44,424 nt of DNA. Source: Methanothrix sp. Lineage in GTDB: Archaea; Halobacteriota; Methanosarcinia; Methanotrichales; Methanotrichaceae. Shown here one piece after another: positions 1 to 10,121 of the stretch. The notes under the pieces were generated by a model that was not told where the DNA came from, ran no database searches, and worked only from the letters and a program-made list of their open reading frames with translations. The translations under genes and the position numbers were made by a program. Positions within the stretch are counted from its first letter, which is position 1. Every line of letters begins with the position of its first letter. The stretch lies in NCBI GenBank assembly GCA_040770465.1, contig JAXGJB010000020.1, positions 1 to 44,424 on the forward strand. The letters are read 5' to 3'.

Positions 1-2
1 TT

Positions 3-479
3 CATTACTTACTAGGTGATATCCGTTCAATCAGCGCATTTTCAAAGCCCATATTTAATAAGTACGTCGAGGATTATGTATCAACGAACTTGCTTTTTAA
101 AAATGATGTATTTGGATCGCTGCAGGTTTCCTGGTCGATCAGGAATTACAGATTGCCTGAATTAAAAATTAAGATTCAATTGGATGAGGGGTCAATTGAA
201 GTAACGGAGAAGTACATTACAGTCTATTCAGAATTGAATGTCGATGGTTTGAGGAGGGGGTGGAATACCTTTTACAAACAAGATTTAAAGAAGGATGTAT
301 ATATTAATATTGCTGGGCCGGAATATACGCTGGAAGATTCTCATTTGATCGAATGCATAATGCAAAATACACCAACAAGATGCGATTTTACTGAAGCAGC
401 TAAGACAAATAGTGTCATCGACCATATCTATTCATCGATAGCTAATGGAAATACCAAGCAAGTTGATTATGAGGGATAA
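3..479 (+). CDS. Gfo/Idh/MocA-family oxidoreductase, C-terminal part (5' end outside window)
   Basis: Frame is open from base 3 (HYLLGDIRSISAFSKP...VEDY...GSLQVSWS...) into ORF 90..479. The ending (F..AAKTNSVIDHIYSS) is typical of Gfo/Idh/MocA C-terminal domains. Glycan-locus context. Confidence 0.7.
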   Translation, partial: HYLLGDIRSISAFSKPIFNKYVEDYVSTNLLFKNDVFGSLQVSWSIRNYRLPELKIKIQLDEGSIEVTEKYITVYSELNVDGLRRGWNTFYKQDLKKDVYINIAGPEYTLEDSHLIECIMQNTPTRCDFTEAAKTNSVIDHIYSSIANGNTKQVDYEG

Positions 480-480
480 G

Positions 481-1332
481 ATGGAATTGATTCTTGGTCA
501 TAATCAGTTCATCGGGGTGAGCCATACTTCTGAGGATAGAAGTATGGAGCTTCAAAGAAAGTTTTATGATGCAGAGAATATATATAAAATTGTAGAAATG
601 GCATCCAACGTGGGCTTCAAGAATATGATTATAGAAACACATCCGAAAATGCTTGATTTCATTAATATTTATAAGAAGAATCAAACATTTGATATGGACT
701 TCTATCTACAGGTACCCAATATCCAAGGTTACGTAAGCGAGATGAGTGAAAAAGGTTTGTCCGGATTGATCTTAGAGATGGTTCGTAGAAGTGGTGTAAA
801 GTCCTTATCATCTATTGCTATAAAGAATATGCTAGGTGTTGCAAAGAGAGATTACACCACTTTGGCTAAATCGGCTCTGCAATTGGAGGTTTCTCCATTT
901 CTTGATGTGAATATTAAAGCTTTGCTACTGCATAATGTAAGTACCGATTTGCTTCTATCTCTTCGCGTTCCAATAGCGTTTTCTGAATATATGGAATATG
1001 TCAGGGACGATCTAGATCTCGACTATGGATTTGTAACTCTTAACTTTAGTTTATTTAAGTCCTGCTTCGAAGAATGGGGTTTTGGCCAATCGTTGGTTAT
1101 GACACCTCTCAACGTTAAAGGATTTGATATGAATCCTTCCAAGGACGTTGTTGAAAAGGACGTAAATTCTTATAAGGGAAACATAATAGCAATGAATCTT
1201 CTGGGTGGGGGTGCTTTTTCCGTTAAAGATTCCTATAATTACATAAAATCATTCGAGAATGTTAAGCATTCTGTTATAGGGGCGTCATCCAGTGAGCATC
1301 TGGAAGAATTAATCGGTGTTTTCTGTCAATAG
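481..1332 (+). CDS. Conserved hypothetical protein, possibly aldo/keto-reductase-like TIM barrel
   Basis: ORF 445..1332, likely ATG at 481 right after the upstream stop (MELILGHNQF...). The C-terminal IAMNLLGGG...VIGASSSEHLEE resembles AKR-fold proteins. Confidence 0.5.
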   Translation: MELILGHNQFIGVSHTSEDRSMELQRKFYDAENIYKIVEMASNVGFKNMIIETHPKMLDFINIYKKNQTFDMDFYLQVPNIQGYVSEMSEKGLSGLILEMVRRSGVKSLSSIAIKNMLGVAKRDYTTLAKSALQLEVSPFLDVNIKALLLHNVSTDLLLSLRVPIAFSEYMEYVRDDLDLDYGFVTLNFSLFKSCFEEWGFGQSLVMTPLNVKGFDMNPSKDVVEKDVNSYKGNIIAMNLLGGGAFSVKDSYNYIKSFENVKHSVIGASSSEHLEELIGVFCQ

Positions 1333-1839
1333 GTGGAATATATGAAGATATGCTTATCCTGTTCGACCGGGGGACATCTGGATGAATTATCGAGTATTTT
1401 TGGTGCATTAGAAGAGTACGATATATTTCTTATAACTGCTAGGTCTGAAACGACAAGTAAATTGTCTAATAGAGTTAAAACCTATTTTATAAATAATGAA
1501 CCAAAAGCCATCAAGTCAAATGATCATAATATTTATAGGAATTTATACATATTATCTTTAGTTGTACATAATATTTTTCTCATCCCTTCATGTCTAAGAG
1601 TTTTATTGAAGGAAAAGCCAAACGTTATAATAGGATGCGGAGCCGAAGCTACACTCGTAGTATCATACATAGGAAAACTCATGGGTTCGAAGATAGTCTA
1701 TCTAGAGACACTAACCAGAGTTAATGATATTTCCTTGACTGGAAAGTTATGCTATCATATCTCCGATGTCTTTTTGGTTCAGTGGGAAGGTCTTTTAGAC
1801 AAATATAGACGTGCTAAGTATTGGGGGAAGGTTTTGTGA
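1333..1839 (+). CDS. Alg14/PssD/Cps14F-like glycosyltransferase subunit
   Basis: Motifs KICLSCSTGGHLDEL, KPNVIIGCGA, VYLETLTRV..SLTGK, FLVQW. Confidence 0.9.
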   Translation: MEYMKICLSCSTGGHLDELSSIFGALEEYDIFLITARSETTSKLSNRVKTYFINNEPKAIKSNDHNIYRNLYILSLVVHNIFLIPSCLRVLLKEKPNVIIGCGAEATLVVSYIGKLMGSKIVYLETLTRVNDISLTGKLCYHISDVFLVQWEGLLDKYRRAKYWGKVL

Positions 1840-2336
1840 TACTAGCAATCATGGGTTCCGAAGCATCTTTATTTGAGTTTGATAGATTAATCGACGAATT
1901 AGATGAAATTGCTTCTACAATCGATGAAGAAATTATAATTCAAATAGGAAATGGCAATAAAGCACCTAGAAATGCTAAGTATTTTAGATTTTTGCAGGAT
2001 CAAGAATTCAACGATTGTTGTTCTTCCTCACGAATTATCATAAGCCACGCTGGAATAGGATCGATAATTACTGCGCTGCGGTTTCACAAGCCGTTGATAA
2101 TTGTGCCTAGAATGAAGAAATACGGGGAGCATATAGATGACCATCAACTTGAAATAGCTTCGGAAATGGGTCGGATGGGTCATATTAAGGTAATTTACGA
2201 TATAAAAGATCTTAGATATGCTATTAGTAACGCCTGCTTACCTACACAAAATTTTACTAATTCGAATAGAGCCAAATTGATAATGAATATGCATTCTTAT
2301 TTGAAAGAAATTGAATTAAAGCTATCTGAAAGATAA
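1836..2336 (+). CDS. Alg13/PssE/Cps14G-like glycosyltransferase (GT28 C-terminal)
   Basis: Motifs FDRLI, IIISHAGIGSI, IIVPR..KYGEHIDDHQLEIA. GTG at 1836 overlaps the upstream TGA. Confidence 0.9.
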   Translation: MILAIMGSEASLFEFDRLIDELDEIASTIDEEIIIQIGNGNKAPRNAKYFRFLQDQEFNDCCSSSRIIISHAGIGSIITALRFHKPLIIVPRMKKYGEHIDDHQLEIASEMGRMGHIKVIYDIKDLRYAISNACLPTQNFTNSNRAKLIMNMHSYLKEIELKLSER

Positions 2337-2514
2337 GTGGAGGCTGAGATGTCTAATGTCTACAATTCAGAGGGCAAGCATATGGAGCTACGAAGGCGCT
2401 CTACTAATTCACTCTTACAGGCCTGGTCTTGGCCGGCTTTGGCATGGGGCTACTATCCCTCTGGGACTATAACGAGTTGTTGCACATGAAAATCCTCTTG
2501 TAGGATGAAATTAT

Positions 2515-3399
2515 ATGTATGTATTGATAACACCTGTAAAGGACGAAGAAGCATATTTATATGAAGTAGCAGGTTCTGTGGTTAAGCAAACTATGAGGCC
2601 AGAATTATGGGTTATTGTTGACGACGGCAGTACTGATAAAACGCCTGAAATAATTAATAGTTTGACGAATAGATATGGATGGATAAAAGTTCTGACCCTA
2701 CCTTTACATGATCGAGACATAAAATATCATTATTCGTATGTATGTAAGCAAGGATTCGATTGTGCTCTAAAATGCTGTGAAGAATATAATATACATTATG
2801 AATATATAGGACTTCTCGATGCAGACACAGTACTGGTTAGAAATTATTTTGAGCAACTTCTGAATGAATTTAAAAATGACTCCGCGCTTGGCATCGCCAG
2901 CGGCGGGATTTATTATTATAAAGATAATAAGCTTAAGTGGGAACGATTTAATGAGAATCTACCAGTTGGGACTGGACGTCTCTGGAGAAAAGAGTGTTTC
3001 TTTGATACAAATGGGTATATTATTGAAGTGTCTCCAGATACTATATCTAATGTAAAAGCGTTATTACGAGGTTGGAAGATAAGACAATTCAAGGATATTG
3101 TTTGCATCCAAACCAGATATACAAGTAGTGCAGAAGGATTATGGAAGGGTTATAAAATAAATGGATATATGTCCTATTACTTAAATAAACATCCAGCGTT
3201 AGTCGCTCTTAATTTTGTTTATTTTATATTCAAAAAACCATATTATATAAGCATCGCATATTTGTACGGGTATTCAACGTCTATATTTAAAAGAAATAAT
3301 AAAATAGCCGATGAAGAAATAAGAGACTATTTCTGGAGAGAACGTCTTAGGGAATATAGATTAATGTTTATAAATTATGTGAAATCAAAATTTCTATGA
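2515..3399 (+). CDS. Family 2 glycosyltransferase
   Basis: Motifs YVLITPVKDE, IVDDGSTD, LLDAD. Confidence 0.9.
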   Translation: MYVLITPVKDEEAYLYEVAGSVVKQTMRPELWVIVDDGSTDKTPEIINSLTNRYGWIKVLTLPLHDRDIKYHYSYVCKQGFDCALKCCEEYNIHYEYIGLLDADTVLVRNYFEQLLNEFKNDSALGIASGGIYYYKDNKLKWERFNENLPVGTGRLWRKECFFDTNGYIIEVSPDTISNVKALLRGWKIRQFKDIVCIQTRYTSSAEGLWKGYKINGYMSYYLNKHPALVALNFVYFIFKKPYYISIAYLYGYSTSIFKRNNKIADEEIRDYFWRERLREYRLMFINYVKSKFL

Positions 3400-3449
3400 A
3401 GGTATAAAACTTAAGGCTCTTCTCTATTCCCTGTATATGAGGTGATGTT

Positions 3450-4475
3450 TTGGATGTGAAAGCTTTGCTTGCAGCTGTGATAGATAAACCTCGCTTTTTA
3501 GATGCTTATGGCTATGTCAGAAGGGAGATTACAAAATCGCAGGTTGCCATACTAATGTATCATCGGGTATCTCCAAAAATAGATCCCTGGTCTCTTAGGC
3601 CTTTGAGCCCCCAAAGCTTTGAAACACAAATGAGATATTTCAGTTTGAATTATGAAATTATCTCTTTAAAACTGTTAATAGAATATATTGTGCAGGGAGA
3701 ACCTTTCCCAAAAAAAGCCGTTGTGATTACTTTTGACGATGGATATAAAGACAATTATCGATATGCATACCCTATCTTGAGAAAATATAATATTCCAGCA
3801 ACCATTTTCCTCACCACGGGCCACATTGGAACAGGTAATCTCTTCTGGTGGGATAAAGTAAGTTATATTGTCCAACATACAAGTTTAGATGAGCTAAACC
3901 TGGGCGAATACGGATCATTTTCTCTACGATCCAAAAAAGAGAAATATCGCACTAAATCGAAATTAATTGAAGGATTGAAGAAGCTGTCCAAAGAAGAAAA
4001 AGATCTCTTTATAAATAATTTGCTTATAATTACTGGTGAGGCGATCCCTGATGATTTAGGTGGAGAGCTAATTTTATCCTGGGATGAGATCAAGGAAATG
4101 AGCTGCGATGGAATCTCATTTGGAGCCCACACGGTTAATCATCCCATTCTAACAACTTTGCCATTCGATCAAGCTAAAATGGAGATAATTCAATCGAAGA
4201 TGGATATTGAGAAGAATATTGGCCATCGGGTGAACGCATTTTCTTATCCACATGGCGACTTTAGCCCAGATATCGCTGAATTGGTAAGGACGAGCGGCTT
4301 TGAATCTGCAGTTTCCATTTCACCCAGTTGCCTTATAAGCCCTAATGATTCCTTGTATGAGCTTAGTAGAATCGGTATTGAAGAAGAGTTCAGCAAGTCT
4401 AAAGTTATGCTATCTGGCCTATGGGGAGATATGAAATCCATATCATATGGAGATTATCGAATTATATCAGATTAG
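3450..4475 (+). CDS. Polysaccharide deacetylase (CE4/NodB)
   Basis: Motifs ILMYHRV, VITFDDGY, FGAHTVNHPIL, FSYPHG. Confidence 0.93.
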   Translation: MDVKALLAAVIDKPRFLDAYGYVRREITKSQVAILMYHRVSPKIDPWSLRPLSPQSFETQMRYFSLNYEIISLKLLIEYIVQGEPFPKKAVVITFDDGYKDNYRYAYPILRKYNIPATIFLTTGHIGTGNLFWWDKVSYIVQHTSLDELNLGEYGSFSLRSKKEKYRTKSKLIEGLKKLSKEEKDLFINNLLIITGEAIPDDLGGELILSWDEIKEMSCDGISFGAHTVNHPILTTLPFDQAKMEIIQSKMDIEKNIGHRVNAFSYPHGDFSPDIAELVRTSGFESAVSISPSCLISPNDSLYELSRIGIEEEFSKSKVMLSGLWGDMKSISYGDYRIISD

Positions 4476-4590
4476 GTCTCAATTGATTGATGCGCTGCTG
4501 CTAATTGTTATCAAATAAAAAGATGAGATGCCAAAGAAGAAACATAGTATATCCATATAGGGGGTAGGGGAAACGAGGAATAATTTTGAC

Positions 4591-5220
4591 TTGAATGTTA
4601 AGCTAAAGCGATTATTTCGCACAAGTTACATCTCAGCTGCAAAAAATTTACTAGCTAGAGTTGGTCTGAAATACGAGAATGGCATTGTTTATGAGAGATA
4701 TTTAAATATCGAAATACCTGAGGTGATAACAGAAACATATATTGACGTGAACCTAGTTTCTATAGATGAAATAAAATCAGGAAAATATCAGGGAATCAAG
4801 TTGGCATCTAGAGACGATCCTTCAACGCATAATGAAGCATTAGAAAGATTGGTCTCTGGCGATGTTGGTTTGATAGCCAAGATGGATGATACTATTTTGG
4901 GCTATTGTTGGTTATATTTTCGTAAATCTAAATATGAGGAAGCATTTGAGATGGAGCTAATATTTAATGATGATGAGGCTTTGATATACGATCTAGTAGT
5001 AGTCAAGGAATTTAGGAGATCTGGGGTTGGCAAGAAGCTGAATGAGAATGTATTACGTTATCTAAAGTCTGAAAATTATAAAAAAGCTTTGGTGCTTATA
5101 AGAGTTTACAATATCGCTTCAATAACGTCATTTGAACGATTTGGTTTCGAACCTATAAAATACATTACATTAAAAAGAATATTTTTTGTTAAAAGGGTAA
5201 GGGAACACATCATAAGATAG
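4591..5220 (+). CDS. GNAT-family acetyltransferase
   Basis: Acetyl-CoA motif (V..EFRRSGVGK) and N..S...FERFGF. Confidence 0.85.
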   Translation: MNVKLKRLFRTSYISAAKNLLARVGLKYENGIVYERYLNIEIPEVITETYIDVNLVSIDEIKSGKYQGIKLASRDDPSTHNEALERLVSGDVGLIAKMDDTILGYCWLYFRKSKYEEAFEMELIFNDDEALIYDLVVVKEFRRSGVGKKLNENVLRYLKSENYKKALVLIRVYNIASITSFERFGFEPIKYITLKRIFFVKRVREHIIR

Positions 5221-5242
5221 CTCAATATACAGGTGAAATCAA

Positions 5243-6298
5243 ATGATTGTCGAACCACTAGATGATGAGATTGAATGGGACAACTTTGTTGCAGATTCAC
5301 CGGATGGAACATTTTTCCATACAATAAAATGGAGAGATGTTATAGAAAGATCATTTCCTTATCAAAGTTCGTATTTATGCATCAGAGATTCGAGTGGCCA
5401 ACTAGTAGGAGTGTGCCCATTCTTTATAACAAAAAAATTATGGCCGTTTAAAGTGTTGGACTCGTTACCTGACTCTGACCTTGGTGGGCCTTTGTTCAAG
5501 GAGGAATACAAAAAAGATGCCGCAAAGGTTTTGGTTAATTACTTGATCGAGTTAGGTGCTAATAAAGGAATTGCATACACAAAAATGAGGCTTTCAGATT
5601 TAGAAGCCTGTGAATACTTGAGAACTAATGATTCGAAAGTTGATGATGCCAGTGGAACAATGATCTTGGACCTTTGTGAGACGCCAGTCGATTATATTTG
5701 GAATAATGTATTTGAACATAAGCAAAGGAAGTACATTAACAGATTCGATCACGATGGATTTAAGACGACTAATGGTACTGACATGCATGAGTTAGAAATA
5801 TTTTATAATTTGTACTGCAATAATTGGGGAAATGGAGGAACCCCGTTTAATTTAAAATATTTAGAAAATATCTATAATTTGCTATATCCAAGCAATTTTA
5901 GTATCACTCTGATCGGAAACGATGATAAATGTATAGGTGCAGGATTAAATTTCATTTATAGGCAGAAAAAAACTATGTACATGGCGGGAGTCGCTCTCGA
6001 TAAGGAGATGTCAAGCAGATATAAAATATATTATAAATTAAGATGGGAGACTATCAAATATGCTCATTCGATGAGATATCATTATGTCAGCCTAGGACCT
6101 ACGTCCTCAGATAAGTCTGAAATCCATCATAATATAAAACGCAAATTCGGAGCCAGATTTGATCAGGAGTATTGCCTATATATAGTTAATAATAACTACT
6201 TATTTTCATTACGTGCAAATGTAATAAATATCGGGCGAAACGCAAAAAAAATTTTACCGAATAGAATGTATAATGAATTCGGCAGGCGCCTATTATAG
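5243..6298 (+). CDS. FemAB-like double-GNAT protein
   Basis: N-terminus EWDNFV...GTFFHT..W and C-terminal Y..LG...K.KFGA, typical of FemAB-related EPS proteins. Confidence 0.8.
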   Translation: MIVEPLDDEIEWDNFVADSPDGTFFHTIKWRDVIERSFPYQSSYLCIRDSSGQLVGVCPFFITKKLWPFKVLDSLPDSDLGGPLFKEEYKKDAAKVLVNYLIELGANKGIAYTKMRLSDLEACEYLRTNDSKVDDASGTMILDLCETPVDYIWNNVFEHKQRKYINRFDHDGFKTTNGTDMHELEIFYNLYCNNWGNGGTPFNLKYLENIYNLLYPSNFSITLIGNDDKCIGAGLNFIYRQKKTMYMAGVALDKEMSSRYKIYYKLRWETIKYAHSMRYHYVSLGPTSSDKSEIHHNIKRKFGARFDQEYCLYIVNNNYLFSLRANVINIGRNAKKILPNRMYNEFGRRLL

Positions 6299-6313
6299 GG
6301 GAGATTTAAAATC

Positions 6314-8557
6314 ATGCATTCAAATAAGGGTATAAAAAAAAATAATTTTTTATTATTAACTTTATTATTATTATTATTAGTATTAAGTAATATATTTATA
6401 TTTCTAGATATTCTTGTATTACGATTAGTATTCGGGATAATTTTCTACTCAATTATACCAGGAGCTTTAATTCTAAGCATATTAAATTTAGGAAAAGTTA
6501 GATCTGTAGTGAGTTTTATATTATCTTGGGGATTGAGCATATCTCTTATAATTTTTTCAGGCCTATTAATAAATTATCTATATCCACTATTCGGGTATAA
6601 GGCGCCTTTATCTACAAACTCTCTCGTGATCTCATTTAATATTATTATTCTAGTTCTAATATTGACAGTCTTTTGGAGAGGAAATTCTAACTATTTTACT
6701 AATATATTTGATTTCCATATCGGCGCAAGAGAGAAAATTTATCTACTCCTTCCAGCTTTTTTCCCTTTTGCTGGGATCCTCGGCATATATATTATGAACA
6801 CCAAGGATAACAATGCCCTGCTCATTGTGTTGCATTTACTGATTGTCGCCTATGTAATATTTATATCACTGAATCATGAACGAGTACCTGAACGGGTTTA
6901 TGCCCCTCTTATATATTTGATAAGTATTTCACTGGTGTTACTCCTGCCGCTTCGTTCAAATCATTTAATTGGTGTAGATGTTCATGCCGAATATTATATA
7001 TTTCAACAAACTGTTCAAATTGGACATTGGAGTGTAATCCATAATAGGCCCCTAGACGCTTGCTTAAGCATCTCTATCCTTCCTGCAGTTTATCAATCAT
7101 TTCTCGGAATCGATCCAGAGCACACCTTTAAAATATTATATCCAATTTTATTCTCGGTAAGTCCTTTAGTAATATATGTAATATCTAACAAGTACATGGA
7201 AGGCAGTTATGCGTTCTTGGCCTCAGTTTTTTTCATGTCACAAAACAGTTTTTTGTGGACAGCAGCAGGCCCTCGCTCCAGGTTAGCGGTTCTATTCTTT
7301 GCCTTGGCTTTAATGGTATTATTTAGCGACGAGGTGGATGATATAAGAAAAAGACTGTTATTTATAATTTTTGCCTTATCTTGCATTGTTTCTCATTACT
7401 CTACGGCTTATATATTCTTTATCTTATTGCTTAGCATGTTGTTAGGAATGCGGATCATCCGCTGGGTGTGCTTATCCGGAAAAAGTCCGATTAATTATAA
7501 AAATCATTTAAATGGACATTCGAACTCCTTAAAGATAACTTACGAACTTTCTTGTTCGTTATTGAGACCTCATTTTACCTCTGGGATGCTAGTAATTATA
7601 TTTATAGCTATCTTCTTATGGTATAGCCAAATTACGGGGGCGGCTTTTGATTACGGAGTTAAATTCATAGAACAATCTCTATTATCGCTACAAAATCTTT
7701 TCGTTATAGAATCGAGGGATGATGAGGTCCAAGCAATTTTTGGACAACATCTAGAATCTGAGGGTATAGCTCGAAGAATCGAATTTATTTTTGTTTGGCT
7801 AGCTATTGCCTTTATAGCTATCGGTGTGTTGACCACATTAGCTAGGTATTGTAAGTGTGTAGCGCATGATGATGCCTTGAACAAAGGGTTCTATTCTAGC
7901 TTATTCTATAGAAGATTAGATGTGGAGTTCTTCACTGCCTCTGTTATCTGCTCAGCCCTGTTAGTGATATCAATAGCTTTGCCCTTTGTCTTGAAAGGTT
8001 ACAGTATGCAAAGGACTTTCTTTCAGACGATGGTCGTTTTATCAATATTTTTTGTTATCGGTGGCATAACTATCGCTGAGGTTCTTCATTTTCCCAAGAG
8101 AGGACACTTAATGGTGCTTTTTGTTCTTATAACTTTTTTTATGTCAATTACAGGTGTAACTTATCAGATTTTAGGTGATCCAAGATCTATTATATTCAAT
8201 ACAGATGTAGATGCATTTGATTCATTTTATATATATGATCAAGAAACCTTATCTGCAAAATGGTTAGGTAAGAAAATTGAACCTGAGTCGAATGTTTATG
8301 CTGATTTCAGCGGACATTCTCGGGTTGTCAGTCAAGGTCTTATTTCTATTTATTCTACATATAATATAGTGCGCTATTTTGAACGTGATACTAATTTAAA
8401 CGGATATATTTATTTACGCAAGTACAATATTGCAGATGGAAAGCTTATTGGACCCAGGCCGAATGAAGAGCAGGATTTTATTAGGTATTTGGACAGGATT
8501 TCAATAAATGATAAATTGTATGGTTCTGGAGCGTCAGAAATATGGAAAATAAGCTGA
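6314..8557 (+). CDS. Multi-pass membrane protein, DUF2206-like (putative GT-C/polymerase-like)
   Basis: 747 aa with many TM segments. Motifs GVDVHAEYY, LSISILP, SHYSTAYI as in archaeal DUF2206 proteins. Confidence 0.75.
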   Translation: MHSNKGIKKNNFLLLTLLLLLLVLSNIFIFLDILVLRLVFGIIFYSIIPGALILSILNLGKVRSVVSFILSWGLSISLIIFSGLLINYLYPLFGYKAPLSTNSLVISFNIIILVLILTVFWRGNSNYFTNIFDFHIGAREKIYLLLPAFFPFAGILGIYIMNTKDNNALLIVLHLLIVAYVIFISLNHERVPERVYAPLIYLISISLVLLLPLRSNHLIGVDVHAEYYIFQQTVQIGHWSVIHNRPLDACLSISILPAVYQSFLGIDPEHTFKILYPILFSVSPLVIYVISNKYMEGSYAFLASVFFMSQNSFLWTAAGPRSRLAVLFFALALMVLFSDEVDDIRKRLLFIIFALSCIVSHYSTAYIFFILLLSMLLGMRIIRWVCLSGKSPINYKNHLNGHSNSLKITYELSCSLLRPHFTSGMLVIIFIAIFLWYSQITGAAFDYGVKFIEQSLLSLQNLFVIESRDDEVQAIFGQHLESEGIARRIEFIFVWLAIAFIAIGVLTTLARYCKCVAHDDALNKGFYSSLFYRRLDVEFFTASVICSALLVISIALPFVLKGYSMQRTFFQTMVVLSIFFVIGGITIAEVLHFPKRGHLMVLFVLITFFMSITGVTYQILGDPRSIIFNTDVDAFDSFYIYDQETLSAKWLGKKIEPESNVYADFSGHSRVVSQGLISIYSTYNIVRYFERDTNLNGYIYLRKYNIADGKLIGPRPNEEQDFIRYLDRISINDKLYGSGASEIWKIS

Positions 8558-8660
8558 TTATGCCGATAAGCAAGTGGTTAGGAGAAGACTTAGTCGCGAA
8601 GGGATTCCCCATTACGAACAAGCTCAATAAAATATTATATTACGCCGTCTTATTTTAAAA

Positions 8661-8897
8661 TGAATACCAGCAGCTTGCTGCGGTTGGGATGGTCAAGAAA
8701 ACGTCTTAAGGATTGTTGCGATCGCGTAAATTGTTGAGCCGAGAAAGATGACGGTAGACGCAATCAGCAATATATGTTGAGACACAAGGAACCCCCGAAG
8801 AGAAGGAAGGCTATAAGCAGATGAATTGTTAGAATTCGAATAGCTTATGACCGGCGCGAACATGCCCCGCTGCTTGCAGCGGGGTGCGCTGTTTGAC
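8661..8897 (+). mobile_element. Internally deleted IS200-type element (two terminal hairpins plus tnpA 3' remnant)
   Basis: Hairpins ccagcagcttgctgcgg (8667-8683) and ccccgctgcttgcagcgggg (8865-8884), followed by tttgac. 8773-8832 reads YVETQGTPEEKEGYKQMNC*, like a Y1/TnpA C-terminus. Confidence 0.7.
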
Positions 8898-9036
8898 TCA
8901 AAAGCTGGATCTGCTGAGCCTGCAACTCTATTCGATTGAGAAGCAGTAGGAATAGCCTCTTAAGTAGCTCTTTATCATCGAAGTCGATCTTCTCGACATC
9001 GAGATTTATAATTTCCGTTTCTATTTCCTCCTTCAC
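8898..9036 (-). pseudogene. Truncated N-terminus of a probable transposase (leucine-zipper-like start)
   Basis: MKEEIETEII...LLKRLFLLLLNRIELQAQQIQLL runs straight into the IS200 hairpin. Resembles coiled-coil N-termini of IS66-like transposases. Confidence 0.4.
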
Positions 9037-9110
9037 AAAAATGTAAGTCTAGTTATTTGTATTTATAATTATGTATATGTTTAGGTGGGGGCGTTTAACT
9101 TTGCTATTAA

Positions 9111-10121
9111 TTAGGTTTTTCGAAATCTTCGATAGTTTTGAAATTTAAGTTTTGCAAAGGAGAGCATCCTTATACTTCTTAAAATTAACTTTATCATATA
9201 AAATGGTGTATAAGATAATATATGGATCTTACATTTATTTCTACGGTAACAGGGAGACGTCACGGATGATAATAATGACCTTCCTCTTGCACCATGGCCA
9301 TGAAAGGTGTTAAATAATGCGAGCGAAAGAATACACAGTTCACAAAACTTCATTAAGTCCTCTACGTCATCCCTTCTTAAAAGTTCATCGTCAGAAATAC
9401 TAGAGATGTAATAAGGAAATGGACTAACTGAATAAACGGTTGTATGATATAATCTTTTTAAGGGGAATTGGTGAATTGTTGAACAAACAATTGGACTGTA
9501 AGCTGCATGATACTTAAGTGCAATTTTTCCCCAAAGCATTACATCTTCATTAACTTTTAAGTTGATTAGATAACCACCTACATCAGTAAGAGCATCTTTA
9601 CGAGCAGCAAAAGAAGATGAATTGAAGGGGAAAGCAAGGTTGCCTGATCCAGAAAAGTCGACTATCGCTTTAAAATACGATGAAAAAAGCCTGTCTCCAT
9701 TGTTCTTATCGTAAATTTTCTTTACTATGGAGCCGCTCGGGTAATGTATCTGATATGCTGTGCCATAGAGACCAGCATCGGGATACGATGCCCTTAGCCG
9801 TAATATCGTATCGAGGAATCCTGGTAACCATTCATCATCTGCGTCTAGAAACGCAATTAGATCGGATTGAGATTCTTTGATCCCTCTGTTTCTCGCTGCA
9901 GAAACACCTTGGTTCGGTTGCTGGATAAGATGTATCCGATGGTCATAAAACCCCCCTACAACCTTCGCTCCTTGATCTGTAGAGCCATCATCTACCACAA
10001 TCACCTCGAAGTCTTGAATTGTCTGGGCGAGAACTGAGTTAAGCGCTCGCCCAATATAGGGTTCCATGTTGTAGAGGGGGATGACGATAGAGACCGCTGG
10101 AGTATCTTGCATTTCAGTCAT
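9111..10121 (-). CDS. Family 2 glycosyltransferase
   Basis: Motifs VSIVIPLYN, VVDDGSTD, NQGVSAARN.G, FLDADD. Confidence 0.93.
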   Translation of the reverse strand: MTEMQDTPAVSIVIPLYNMEPYIGRALNSVLAQTIQDFEVIVVDDGSTDQGAKVVGGFYDHRIHLIQQPNQGVSAARNRGIKESQSDLIAFLDADDEWLPGFLDTILRLRASYPDAGLYGTAYQIHYPSGSIVKKIYDKNNGDRLFSSYFKAIVDFSGSGNLAFPFNSSSFAARKDALTDVGGYLINLKVNEDVMLWGKIALKYHAAYSPIVCSTIHQFPLKRLYHTTVYSVSPFPYYISSISDDELLRRDDVEDLMKFCELCILSLALFNTFHGHGARGRSLLSSVTSPCYRRNKCKIHILSYTPFYMIKLILRSIRMLSFAKLKFQNYRRFRKT

